A stretch of DNA of 32,000 nucleotides. Source: Hyperthermus butylicus DSM 5456 (GTDB lineage: Archaea > Thermoproteota > Thermoprotei_A > Sulfolobales > Pyrodictiaceae). The translations under genes and the position numbers were made by a program. The number at the start of each line of letters is the position of its first letter. Within the stretch, counting starts at the first letter, position 1. Location of the stretch: NCBI RefSeq assembly GCF_000015145.1, contig NC_008818.1, positions 900,001 to 932,000 on the forward strand. The letters run 5' to 3'. The notes under the pieces were generated by a model. That model ran no database searches and had not been told where the DNA came from. It saw only the letters and a list, made by a program, of their open reading frames with translations. Below, in pieces: positions 9,507 through 19,520 of the stretch.

Positions 9507-11597
9507 TTAGCGTACCACGGCGTAGCAGCCAATTGTCTTCTCGTAGATAATGCCGTCCCTCCTGAAGCTACTAATAGCCTCCTCTACAAGGCTAGACTCG
9601 ATGCCTTCAGCAGCTGCTCTACGCTGTATCTCTCGCAGTCTTGCACAACCCTCGTCACTCTCTGACTCTAGCTGCTCTATGATCTCCAGTATCCTGGTCA
9701 GCTTCTCCTGCTTACTCCTAGGCTTGCCAGTCATAATCACATCTATGTCTATGCGGCCACTCTCCACGTCGAGTCCAGCACTCTCGAGGAAGGCTTTCAT
9801 GAGTCTAATAGCAGCTTCTGCATCTTCAACAGTTACTTCGTTTCTTAGTGCTATCCGTGCATGGGCTTCCGCCAGGCGTATTAGTGCTTCAAGCTGCCTC
9901 GTGGTGATCGATATTGGACCCTCCGGGTTTTCACTGCTCATCCTCCTCATTTCAACGAAGAAGTCCTCGATGAGTTTGGCTGCTTCCGGTGTGAGCCTGG
10001 GCCTAACATAACGTCTTGCATAACTAATGTACTTTCTTAGTAGCTCAGGTTCTATTTCAGGTTTGATAAGCTCCGTCTCACGGTGCGCCTGGAGGACGTG
10101 TCTCGCAAGCTTCCTATCCTCCTCGGGGTTTGGTGTGTCGCGAAGTATGAATATGAGGTCGAACCTTGATAGTATGGTTGGCGGCAGGTTTATGTTGTCG
10201 GCCAGCGTTCTATTGGGTAGGTATCGGCCAAACTTCGGGTTACCAGCTGCTATAACTGTGGTTCTCGCGTTTAGCTTTGCTACTATGCCGGCCTTAGCTA
10301 TACTAACCGTCTGCTGCTCCATCGCTTCGTGTATTGCCGAGCGATCCTCATCTCTCATCTTGTCTATCTCGTCTATTGCAGCTACACCGCCGTCAGCTAG
10401 TACTAGCGCCCCAGCCTCGAGATAGTACTCTCCCGTAGTCTTGTCACGTATAACGGCAGCTGTCAAGCCTGCGGCAGTAGCGCCCTTGCCGCTGGTGTAA
10501 ATGCCGCGTGGAGCTATCTTAGAGGCGTAGAGGAGGAGCTGGCTCTTGGCTGTACCTGGGTCGCCCACAATGAGTACATGGATGTCACCGCGTATTCGTA
10601 CACCATCGCGGAACAGCTTGGGTACCCCGCCGAACAACGCGAGAGCTATAGCCTCCTTGATGTCCCAGTGCCCGTAGATTGCTGGTGCTATGCTTGCAAC
10701 TATCCTCTTATGTATCCATGGATCCCTTGCCAGTGCCTTTATACGTTCCTCGTCCTCCCTAGTTATCTTGACCTCCTCTAGAACCTTCTGTGAAACCTCT
10801 ATGTGGTTAGCCTCTATGTAGAGATCATAGATAGCCTTCTTTTTCCTAGTAGATGTGTCAGGCTTAATCCTCACGATACCGACGACAGTAACCCTATCGC
10901 CGGGACGAGCACTATCAACGAGTTCGTCTTGTAGTACGACCTCTATACTGCGTGGCAGCTGGCCGGGGGGTACTTCCTCAGGCCTTTCTTGCAGCACTAT
11001 ACGCTGCCAGTCTATCAACTTTGACTTCTCCGGTATCAGCCTAAATGTGCCGCTTGAGGAGCCACAGACGGGGCATGTTGGTGGTTTTTCTAGTTCCTCG
11101 CCAACTATCTCGCCTTCGGGTGGCCACTCAAACTCGTGGCATGACTCCTTTGTGCAGTGCTGAAAGACAGCCTTTACTATCTTCTCCCTGACCGGTGTTG
11201 TTCTTACGAGAATGCCTTCGAGCATTACTAGCCTTCCTATGTACTCGCTTCGGAGCCCACGTAGTGGTGTTGTCTTTGGGAGAGCGCGTATCCTGACACG
11301 GAACCTCTCTATACCTTCGGCATACTCTGGCGCCTCAGAAGTCACGATGTCTTGGACAGCCTCTGCGGCTTGCCTTAGAACCACGTCTGGATGATCAATT
11401 AGCAGTCTAGCCAGCTTTGTATCGAAGACATAGAGGTCATTGTAGTCTACTACTAGGCTCTTTTGTCCCATAGTTATCATTTGCCTTATCCTATTCATGT
11501 ACTTGTATTGACCACTGCGGTCGCGGTAGGTTCTTATGAACTCGTAGAACCTCTCCTTAACATCTAGTACTGCTTCCTCAACAAGTGCTATTGTCAT
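9507..11597 (-). CDS. mcm: Replicative helicase MCM
   Basis: GDPGTAKSQLL (Walker A), GVAAIDEIDKM (Walker B), LSRFDLIF (arginine-finger region), CPVCGSSSG zinc motif, C-terminal wHTH. Confidence 0.98.
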   Translation of the reverse strand: MTIALVEEAVLDVKERFYEFIRTYRDRSGQYKYMNRIRQMITMGQKSLVVDYNDLYVFDTKLARLLIDHPDVVLRQAAEAVQDIVTSEAPEYAEGIERFRVRIRALPKTTPLRGLRSEYIGRLVMLEGILVRTTPVREKIVKAVFQHCTKESCHEFEWPPEGEIVGEELEKPPTCPVCGSSSGTFRLIPEKSKLIDWQRIVLQERPEEVPPGQLPRSIEVVLQDELVDSARPGDRVTVVGIVRIKPDTSTRKKKAIYDLYIEANHIEVSQKVLEEVKITREDEERIKALARDPWIHKRIVASIAPAIYGHWDIKEAIALALFGGVPKLFRDGVRIRGDIHVLIVGDPGTAKSQLLLYASKIAPRGIYTSGKGATAAGLTAAVIRDKTTGEYYLEAGALVLADGGVAAIDEIDKMRDEDRSAIHEAMEQQTVSIAKAGIVAKLNARTTVIAAGNPKFGRYLPNRTLADNINLPPTILSRFDLIFILRDTPNPEEDRKLARHVLQAHRETELIKPEIEPELLRKYISYARRYVRPRLTPEAAKLIEDFFVEMRRMSSENPEGPISITTRQLEALIRLAEAHARIALRNEVTVEDAEAAIRLMKAFLESAGLDVESGRIDIDVIMTGKPRSKQEKLTRILEIIEQLESESDEGCARLREIQRRAAAEGIESSLVEEAISSFRRDGIIYEKTIGCYAVVR

Positions 11598-11692
11598 GAC
11601 TCGTCTTACCCTACCTCTATAATTTTCCTAGCTGAGCCCGGCTAGTGTATTAGACGCTGTAATACCCCTTATAGGTGAAATTCCCCAAGTGG

Positions 11693-12259
11693 CTAGCCTG
11701 GCCTAGGGAGAACTAGTTCTCTCCATCTCTCGAGAGCTTTCTGCAGCAATTGTAGGATTGTCTGCTCCTCTGGAGATAATTTCGAGTATAGCTCGGCAAT
11801 ATTTGTTGGGCTTCGGAGGCTCTGTAGTATTATCAGTAGCCGCTTATCCGCTATCTCTAACAGGTATTGTTGCGCCTTCTGCTTCTCTTCGAGAAGTGCA
11901 GGATTAAGCTCCCTCCTAACCCTCTCATCTAGCAACTTGATGTATTCCTTTGCTTCCTGGTAAAAGTACTGGGGCAGCTGCTCAAGGTCTGCGGGAGTCC
12001 TTGTTGAGAGTGTTGTAAAGTGTATCCGTGCTATATCCTCAAGCGACATGGGAGTCTCGGAGAGCTTTCCCAGTTCTTCCTCCTCGATCGCCCTGCTAAG
12101 CCAGTAGGGAAGCTCAACCTCTATGCCTTTCTGGAGTTCCACATGTACACCGTCAATTGTTACTGTGCCGTGGTCGCGTGTTATTGCAACCCTTACTGGG
12201 CGAAGGAGGTATTCTAGCTCTGCTATTCGCAGCCTAACATCTAGCTCGTGAAGCTCCAA
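11693..12259 (-). CDS. gins23: GINS complex subunit, GINS23-like
   Basis: Small beta-domain-like segment (VTIDGVHVELQKGIEVELPYWLSRAIEEEEL) followed by alpha-helical domain; located next to mcm, as in other crenarchaea. Confidence 0.75.
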   Translation of the reverse strand: MELHELDVRLRIAELEYLLRPVRVAITRDHGTVTIDGVHVELQKGIEVELPYWLSRAIEEEELGKLSETPMSLEDIARIHFTTLSTRTPADLEQLPQYFYQEAKEYIKLLDERVRRELNPALLEEKQKAQQYLLEIADKRLLIILQSLRSPTNIAELYSKLSPEEQTILQLLQKALERWRELVLPRPG

Positions 12260-12334
12260 GGCTCCTTTAACCCTCTCTAGCCCCTAGTCCTAATATAGTA
12301 GTTTGGTGTGGCTAGCTTCTAAGTATGGGGGTAG

Positions 12335-13326
12335 TTGGGGTTGGCTTCAAATATAGCTGAGCTACTATGGGCGGAAAAGTATAGGCCTAGGTCGCTTGAC
12401 GAGATAGTTAATCAGGAGGAGATTGTTCGGAGGCTTAAGAAGTTCGTTGAAGAGAGGAATATGCCTCACCTCCTATTCGTCGGGCCGCCTGGTACGGGGA
12501 AGACAACTGCAGCACATGCACTAGCTCACGACCTGTATGGAGAGAACTATATGCAATATATGCTTGAGCTTAACGCAAGTGATGAGAGGGGTATTGATAC
12601 CATTAGGACCAAGGTTAAGGAGTTTGCAAGGAGTAAAACGCCGGCTAATGTTCCGTTTAAGATAGTATTGCTGGATGAAGCTGATAATATGACTTCTGAT
12701 GCGCAGCAGGCATTGCGTAGGCTTATGGAGATGACACGGCGTTTACGAGGTTTATACTGATAGCGAACTTCCCAAGCAAGATCATAGAGCCTATACAGTC
12801 TAGGTGTGCAGTATTTAGGTTTACACCGCTAAAGAAGGAGGATGTTATTGCCAGGCTTAAGTGGATATGTGAGCAGGAGAAGTGTAAGTATACCGAGGAG
12901 GGTCTAGAGACGATATATGAGATTAGCGAGGGTGACATGAGGAGGGCCATAAACATACTACAGGCAGCAGCCGCTCTTGGCACAGTTACGCCCGACATAG
13001 TCTACAAGGTTGTCGGTTTAGCTCACCCGAGGGAGGTTAGGGAGGTTATAAGGCTGGCATTGGAAGGCGAGTTTATGCGTGCTCGTGAGAAGCTTAGAGA
13101 ACTAATGATAAACTATGGGCTTAGCGGTGTTGATGTGATAAAGCAGATTCACCGCGAGATATTTGGTCAGGAGCTCAAGCTGCCCGAGGAGATCAGGGTA
13201 ATGATAGCTGATTATGCTGGTGAGATACAGTACCGGCTCGTAGAGGGTGCTGACGACGAGATCCAGTTGACAGCGTTCCTTGCATGGCTAACGCTGCTAG
13301 GGCAGAAACTGAAGGGCGGCAGTTAG
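12335..13326 (+). CDS. rfcS: Replication factor C small subunit, interrupted by an apparent 1-nt deletion near 12733/12734
   Basis: 12335-12760 encodes the N-terminal half ([36 protein letters not shown]); the next frame carries [29 protein letters not shown] and continues to 13326. Inserting one base restores [19 protein letters not shown]. Confidence 0.93.
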
Positions 13327-13355
13327 CATTTCTACGGCCTGGGGAGTGAAGGTTT

Positions 13356-14810
13356 ATGAGCGATAAGCTTCCATGGATTATAAAGTATAGGCCGAAGAGG
13401 GTTGAGGATGTTGTAGACCAGGAGGAGGCTAAGAAGCTGTTTTTACCGTGGCTTAGGAGCTGGCTACAGGGACGTATCCCGGAGAGGAAGGCAGCCCTCT
13501 TCTACGGCCCAGCAGGTGTCGGTAAGACTAGTCTTGTTGAAGCTGCTGCTAACGAATATGGGCTAGAGCTTATCGAGATGAATGCATCTGATTTTAGGCG
13601 TAAGAGCGATATTGAGCGTATAGCTAAGATTGCTGCTACACAGTTTAGCCTCTTTGGCAGAAAGCGTAAGATAATCCTTCTAGACGAGGTTGATGGTATT
13701 TCGGGTACAGCTGACAGGGGTGGATTGGATGCCATATTGGAGCTGATAAACATTACTAAGCATCCAATAGTTATGACTGCTAATGATCCATGGGATCAGA
13801 AGCTTAAGCCTCTACGTGATGCATCGCTTATGGTGCCCTTCTATAGGCTTTCAGAGCGCTATGTAGTGCAAGTTCTCAAGCGAATATGTGCTGCAGAGAA
13901 TATTGAGTGTGAAGATGAGGCTCTTAAGCTTATTGCACAGCGTGCTGAGGGGGATCTAAGATCGGCGATAAATGATCTACAAGCTATCGCTGAGGGCTAT
14001 GGTGTAGTCCGAGTTGACCTTGTCAGGGCGCTTCTCGCTACCAGGGATAGGCAGTACTCGCCGTGGGAGATGCTGCGAAACCTCTTCATGTCAAAATATA
14101 TATGGCAGGCTAAACGTGCAGTAACACATACAGACCTAGACTATGATACACTGCTCCAGTGGATTAATGAGAACATAGCTGTCCAGTATACACATCCAGA
14201 GGATATTTGGCGTGCACACGAGGCGCTTGCTAGGGCCGACATTTTCCTCGGACGTATTAAGAGGAGCCTATCCTGGGACCTGCTTCCATATGTCTTTGAT
14301 CTTGTTGGGCCTGGCGTAGCACTAGCTAGGAAGAAGAGTAAGTTTAAGTGGGCAAAGTACCAATTCCCTCAGAAAATACTAATGCTTGCTAAGACGAAGG
14401 AGGTTAGAGAGATTCGTGAAGCTGTGGCAGAGGTATTTGCCAAGAGGCTGCATACATCTAAGGCTACTGTAAAGCGTGAAGTCCTACCCTTCCTGTTCAT
14501 AATCTTCCGTGAAAGGCCAGACTATGCTGCAAGAATAGCTATAGGCTACAATCTTACGGATAACATGATAAAGTACCTAGCTGGCCCCCTTGCTTCAAAG
14601 GTTAAGGAGCATATGAATGCCCTACTTATGAGGTTGGAAAAGCCTGCGACAGTATCCACAGCTACAACTGCGACTACAGCACGAACCACAGCTGCAGAAA
14701 CTTCAGTGGCAGCTTCGAGAGCGGCTAAGAGAACTAGTACATCTCGCCGTAGAACTAGTAAGTCTAGAAGGAGAGGTAAGGGTAGCGGTACTCAAACAAC
14801 ACTATTCTAG
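13356..14810 (+). CDS. rfcL: Replication factor C large subunit
   Basis: [53 protein letters not shown]; C-terminus GTQTTLF resembles a PIP box. Confidence 0.96.
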
Positions 14811-14817
14811 ACTCCTT

Positions 14818-15270
14818 TTATGAGCCGTGTTTGACTTTGCTTGTAACCTTTACCTCTTCTATAACAGTGTGCGGGTATAGCCCACGCTCATCTTTCTCGT
14901 ACTTCTTAACCATATCCCATACATTGAGTAAGGCCACAGTAACAGCTGTCAAGGCCTCCATTTCGACGCCAGTGCGTGCTACAGCTTTTACGTAGGCACG
15001 ACAGCCTACATGCTCGTTATCCTCAACCCTGCATTCGACGTCAACCTTAGTTATCTCTATGGGGTGACACATGGGCAGCAGTAATGGCGTAAGCTTCGCA
15101 GCTTGTATACCTGCTATCGACGCCACGGTTAAGGGGTCGCCCTTCTCAATTTTACCCTCAAGTATACGACTTATTGTTTCTGGGCGTAGCTTTATTCTGC
15201 CGTAAGCTTCTGCTTCGCGTACAATAACATTCTTAGCAGTTATATCAACCATGGAGGGTTTTCTGCTCAT
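14818..15270 (-). CDS. moaC: Molybdenum cofactor biosynthesis protein MoaC
   Basis: MVDITAKNVIVREAEAYGRI, LPMCHPIEITKV, GVEMEALTAVTVALLNVWDMVKKYEKDERGLYP. Confidence 0.96.
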   Translation of the reverse strand: MSRKPSMVDITAKNVIVREAEAYGRIKLRPETISRILEGKIEKGDPLTVASIAGIQAAKLTPLLLPMCHPIEITKVDVECRVEDNEHVGCRAYVKAVARTGVEMEALTAVTVALLNVWDMVKKYEKDERGLYPHTVIEEVKVTSKVKHGS

Positions 15271-15551
15271 AGAGACTCACCTAGGAGTCTCAGTGTTTCA
15301 ACCAGTACTAGTGTCCTTGGGTTGTTGAGCTTTAAGCTGTAAAGCCTAGCTCTTCCGACACGTGTCTCCTCCACTATGCCAGCAGCTTTTAGCTCCTCTA
15401 GGTGTTTTATGAGTAGGTTATAGTGTAATCTTGTTTCGCGGAGGAGCCTAGTAATGTTTACCTGGCCGTTACGCAGGAGTACAAGGAGTATCCTGAGTTT
15501 CCCCCTACTCGATATTATTTCGAGAAAATATGGCTGCTCATTTTCATGCAA
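15267..15551 (-). CDS. Winged-HTH transcriptional regulator
   Basis: LRILLVLLRNGQVNITRLLRETRLHYNLLIKHLEELKAAGIVEETRVGRARLYSL; overlaps moaC start by 4 nt. Confidence 0.8.
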   Translation of the reverse strand: MHENEQPYFLEIISSRGKLRILLVLLRNGQVNITRLLRETRLHYNLLIKHLEELKAAGIVEETRVGRARLYSLKLNNPRTLVLVETLRLLGESL

Positions 15552-15554
15552 GGC

Positions 15555-16790
15555 TTAGCGTTCCTCCCGCTTATACTCTATGATCTCTCTAATACGTTTC
15601 TCAAGGAGGTCCAATGGGCCAACACTAATACCTATAAGCGTACTCTTACCCCGATACCCCTTGCCGGAGAGACGCGTCTCTATTATGCTCCTCCTCTTTA
15701 GGTCCATGACGTACTCGTATACTTGCGTGTGTCTCCTTGGTGTCTCTCCGTACTCCTCGCATATGTGGTGGTATTCAGCTTCAACCTCGCCTATTCTAAC
15801 GTAGGGTTCTCCGCTTCGCTGTAGGGTTCTAACTATAGCCAGTAGTATTAAGAGCTCGTGGAGCGGTAGGTGTGGGAGTGCGTCATTAACCATTACTGAT
15901 ATATCGGGGTTTGTTTGTGTAAACGCTCTCCTAACATGCTCTATTGTTACCCTTGGTGCGCCTTCTTTATCAGCCTCCTGGCCTGCCAGGAGCAGTATTT
16001 CCAGAGCTAGCCTAGCATTGCCGCTACCGCCAGTATCTGCACCAACAAGCTCTGCTATGTATGATAGGACGTCGTCGCCAACTGTTCCCTCATAGAACGC
16101 CTCACTACTTCTATACTTCAGTATGTCGTAGAGCTCGCGGCTAGCATATGGCTTGAAGTTTATGATGTTTCGAACTAGGTAGCTCTCTGTGGCCGAGTCG
16201 AGCCTACTTAGGCTTGTGAGGCTCCTAGAGATGAATATGAAGCTTATCCTCTTAGTGTATTCTGAGTGTTCGTCGTATGTTCTTACGAGGAAGTATACTG
16301 CATCATTGCCTGCAACCTCTATGAAGTAGTCGAACTCGTCAAGGGTTAGTATGACGTACATATCCCGGTTCTCCAAGTATTTCAGTATTATGTGGAACAT
16401 CTCTTGTGCGGAGAGGCCGCGTGGGGGTATGGGTATCCGTAGCTGGCGTGCTATCTCTTGGACTACAAGGTACAGTGTGCGGTCACGATGGCAGTTCACA
16501 TGGACATATTCAAGGTTTATGCCGCGTTGGCGTGCTAACTGCTTAAAGTCGCTGCCAAACCTCTTGGCGGTTACCGTCTTGCCGGTGCCGATGCTGCCAA
16601 CGAGTAGTACACGCTGTGATATACTTCCGGGCTCAACTAGTAGTGGCCTAAAGTATGTTGCAAGATTCTTGAGCTGCTCCTCTCTGTGCGGCAGGTAGGC
16701 TGGCACATACTCTGGATAGAGCTTGTCGCGGCTTCGAAACACTGAGGGTTTTTCAAGTATACTTTCGATTATGTCGCGTGCGGTAGGCAT
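15555..16790 (-). CDS. cdc6: Orc1/Cdc6 replication initiator
   Basis: AAA+ ATPase (VLLVGSIGTGKTVTAKRF, VILTLDEFD), sensor-type segment ISFIFISRSL, C-terminal wHTH (HTQVYEYVMDLKRRSIIETRLSGKGYRGKSTLIGI). Confidence 0.92.
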   Translation of the reverse strand: MPTARDIIESILEKPSVFRSRDKLYPEYVPAYLPHREEQLKNLATYFRPLLVEPGSISQRVLLVGSIGTGKTVTAKRFGSDFKQLARQRGINLEYVHVNCHRDRTLYLVVQEIARQLRIPIPPRGLSAQEMFHIILKYLENRDMYVILTLDEFDYFIEVAGNDAVYFLVRTYDEHSEYTKRISFIFISRSLTSLSRLDSATESYLVRNIINFKPYASRELYDILKYRSSEAFYEGTVGDDVLSYIAELVGADTGGSGNARLALEILLLAGQEADKEGAPRVTIEHVRRAFTQTNPDISVMVNDALPHLPLHELLILLAIVRTLQRSGEPYVRIGEVEAEYHHICEEYGETPRRHTQVYEYVMDLKRRSIIETRLSGKGYRGKSTLIGISVGPLDLLEKRIREIIEYKREER

Positions 16791-16805
16791 AGTTTCGGCC
16801 TACCA

Positions 16806-17417
16806 CTACGAACTCTCTGCTGTAATACCCTTTTTATCCTCCCTCCCTGCTGCGCTTATCTCTCCAAGCCTTCTAGTACGCCAGAATGATAGCCTATCCC
16901 AGCCATTATTGATGAGGGCTAATACTATGCCATAGCGGGTATCTTCAAACTTGAGAACTCTAGCTGCGCGCCTCAAAACATGTATATCAAACTGTCTGGC
17001 GATGAACCTTGCTAGGAATCTATTAAACTCCTTTTCGCTGCACTTGCCAGTAACATAGTATTTTCTTGGCTTAGCCTCAACATTAACAGCCTCTAAGCTA
17101 TGCAGTATCCTCGCCAAGACATCGACAAGCTCCTTGGGTAATTCTACGCCCTCGCTATCGCAGTGTACTCTCTGATTTACAAGCTTTTCAACCGGGACAA
17201 GCCTCTCAAGATATGCTGGTGGTTCTCTCACAATAGCCTGAAAGGCCCTCCAGGATGAGAGTTTCCCGCTAAACACGTAAATGATGGGGTATGCTTTGTC
17301 AAGCTCAACTAAAACCTCGTTATCCAATGGGTACAATGCATTGCCTATCTCATCAGCGCCAAGTGCAAGGTTCCACTTTTTGGCTGTCGCGATTAGTATG
17401 AGTCTACGTGTAGGCAT
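16806..17417 (-). CDS. Conserved-looking archaeal hypothetical protein
   Basis: 203-aa ORF compactly placed between cdc6 and eno; no diagnostic motif recognised. Confidence 0.6.
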   Translation of the reverse strand: MPTRRLILIATAKKWNLALGADEIGNALYPLDNEVLVELDKAYPIIYVFSGKLSSWRAFQAIVREPPAYLERLVPVEKLVNQRVHCDSEGVELPKELVDVLARILHSLEAVNVEAKPRKYYVTGKCSEKEFNRFLARFIARQFDIHVLRRAARVLKFEDTRYGIVLALINNGWDRLSFWRTRRLGEISAAGREDKKGITAESS

Positions 17418-17452
17418 GGCGGTAACCCTTGCTAGAGAGTTGCCGGGTAGTG

Positions 17453-18796
17453 CTAAGCAGGTAGCTGGTATGCTGCTGTTACCGGGTGGAGCGACTGGTA
17501 AGCCCTAATACCAGGATAGATGCACTCTCCACTACAGTCCTCCTCGATGCGCAACAGTTCGTTATACTTCGCGGTCCTCTCGCCCCTAGCAGGTGCTCCA
17601 GTCTTAATGAACCCTGCCCTAAGCGCTACCGCGAGATGCGCAATTGTTGTATCCTCAGTCTCTCCACTGCGATGACTAACAATGACCTTCAGATTGCTAG
17701 CCATGGCCGTATAGGCATAGTCTAGCGCCTCAGTAAGTGTACCCACCTGGTTAACCTTTAGTAGTGCTGCAGTCGTAGCTTTCAACTCTATGCCACGTAC
17801 AAGCCTCCCAATATTAGTCACGTAGAGGTCATCCCCTACAATGAGAACTCTGCCAAGAAGCTTACTTGTCAGCTTAGCAAAGGACTCATAGTCCTCCTCG
17901 TAGAATGGATCCTCAATACTCCTAATAGGATACTCATCAACCATGACGAGATAGTAATCAAGCAGCTCCTCGGCTGAAAGTCTATGTCCGTCGACACTAT
18001 AGGTTCCAGACTCGGCATCGTAGAATTGTGAAGCTGCTACATCAATTCCTAACACAACATCTGCACCAGGCTCGTAACCAGCTAGCTTGATAGCCTCGAC
18101 AAGCGCGTCAAGGGCCTCCTTGTTAGACTTCATGGGTGGTGCATAGCCTCCCTCATCACCGACGTTAATGGCGCTAGCTCCATATTTATCCTTCAAATAT
18201 TTCTTAAGCATCTGGTAAACTTCAACGCCAATTCTTAGAGCTTCGCTGAAGCTATCAGCGCCTACGGGTGCAATCATAAACTCCTGGAATGAAAGCTCGT
18301 TACCAGCATGAGCACCGCCATTAATGATATTCATTAGTGGAACAGGCATCACAAATGTCCCGGTACCACCGAGGTAGCGGTATAGGGGCATACCAGCGGT
18401 ATCAGCAGCAGCTTTTGCAACAGCAAGCGAAGTAGCGACAATAGCATTGGCGCCAAGCCTTGACTTGTTGGGTGTGCCGTCAAGATCAACCATAATACTA
18501 TCTATTAGCCTTTGCATCCTCGCGTCAAGACCCGTAATTCTTGGTGCGATCACGTGATTTACATTAAACAGTGCACGGTCAACACCACGGCCACCAAACT
18601 TTTTACCACCATCACGTAGCTCTAGAGCTTCATGCTTGCCCTTCGAGGCGCCGGCAGGAGCAGCGGCCCTGCCGAAGCCTCCTCCACGCGTAACAACCTC
18701 AACCTCAACGGTAGGATTGCCCCTAGAGTCCAGGATCATCCTAGCCCTAACGCGAGATATTATATAGCTATCATCGTAGCCAACGGGCAAGCTCAT
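17453..18796 (-). CDS. eno: Enolase
   Basis: ISRVRARMILDSRGNPTVEVEVVT, GNELSFQEFMI, NVGDEGGYAP, LLKVNQVGTLTEALD, VSHRSGETEDTTIAHLAV. Supplied ORF extends to 18925; the MSLPVGYDDSYIISRV start at 18796 is more likely. Confidence 0.97.
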   Translation of the reverse strand: MSLPVGYDDSYIISRVRARMILDSRGNPTVEVEVVTRGGGFGRAAAPAGASKGKHEALELRDGGKKFGGRGVDRALFNVNHVIAPRITGLDARMQRLIDSIMVDLDGTPNKSRLGANAIVATSLAVAKAAADTAGMPLYRYLGGTGTFVMPVPLMNIINGGAHAGNELSFQEFMIAPVGADSFSEALRIGVEVYQMLKKYLKDKYGASAINVGDEGGYAPPMKSNKEALDALVEAIKLAGYEPGADVVLGIDVAASQFYDAESGTYSVDGHRLSAEELLDYYLVMVDEYPIRSIEDPFYEEDYESFAKLTSKLLGRVLIVGDDLYVTNIGRLVRGIELKATTAALLKVNQVGTLTEALDYAYTAMASNLKVIVSHRSGETEDTTIAHLAVALRAGFIKTGAPARGERTAKYNELLRIEEDCSGECIYPGIRAYQSLHPVTAAYQLPA

Positions 18797-18839
18797 AATA
18801 GAGTCCACCCCCTCAGCCCAACCGAGGGAAGAGTATCCA

Positions 18840-19496
18840 ATGCGCATACTAATTGTTGGCGCAGGTAAACTAGGCTCACTCCTAGCCAAAAAGCTCTCGG
18901 AAAAAGGCCACGACGTAATAGTCATAGATGTTGATAAGCAGAGAGCAGAACAAGTAGCGGCTGAAGCTGATGTGGCGGCATACGCTAGAGATGCGACGGA
19001 TCCTTCAGTCTATGACGAGATAAACCTAGCAAATATAGATGTAGTCGTGGCAACGACAAATAGGGATGAGGTAAACCTCTTCGTAGCACTAATGGCGCGT
19101 GAGTATGGCGTGTCAAGGGTGATAGTAAAAGTTAGAGATGCTAGGATAGGCCAGATAATAACGAGAATGGGTATAGCAGAACATGTAGTGGTAGAACCCC
19201 AGGTAATAAGCTCCATAGTTGAGGGTTTCATAGAGGGTAAGTACAATATTGTAGAGTTAGCTCCAGTCTTTGTTGGTGGATTTAGACTAGTAACAATAAC
19301 AATACCCGAGGGGAGTAGCGTGGAGGGACAAATGATTGACGATATTAAGTACCCAAGGCATGGAGTTAAAATCCTCGCAGTATTCGACGGGGAAAACTTT
19401 CACGACCCGAGTGTGGTAAGACTTGAAGCTGGCTACCAGATAATAGCCCTAGTAAGAGACGACGTCATAGAGGAATTCCTAGAAGCATTTAGGTAG
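18840..19496 (+). CDS. TrkA-N/TrkA-C (RCK-type) potassium transport regulatory protein
   Basis: MRILIVGAGKLGSLLAKKLSEKGHDVIVIDVD Rossmann motif, DATDPSVY, ATTNRDEVNLFVALMAREYG, C-terminal TrkA-C-like segment. Confidence 0.9.
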   Translation: MRILIVGAGKLGSLLAKKLSEKGHDVIVIDVDKQRAEQVAAEADVAAYARDATDPSVYDEINLANIDVVVATTNRDEVNLFVALMAREYGVSRVIVKVRDARIGQIITRMGIAEHVVVEPQVISSIVEGFIEGKYNIVELAPVFVGGFRLVTITIPEGSSVEGQMIDDIKYPRHGVKILAVFDGENFHDPSVVRLEAGYQIIALVRDDVIEEFLEAFR

Positions 19497-19520
19497 CGGC
19501 ATGGGAGGGGTGTAGGCGTA

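Noticed and set aside
11598-11692. CTAGCTGAGCCCGGCTAG in the mcm/gins23 gap as another C/D sRNA
   Set aside because: D-like CTGAGCCC is present but no C/C' box at the required spacing on either strand; only a 4-bp hairpin.
12725-12768. Programmed frameshift or intein in rfcS
   Set aside because: No slippery heptamer and no intein block motifs; a one-base omission explains the break fully.
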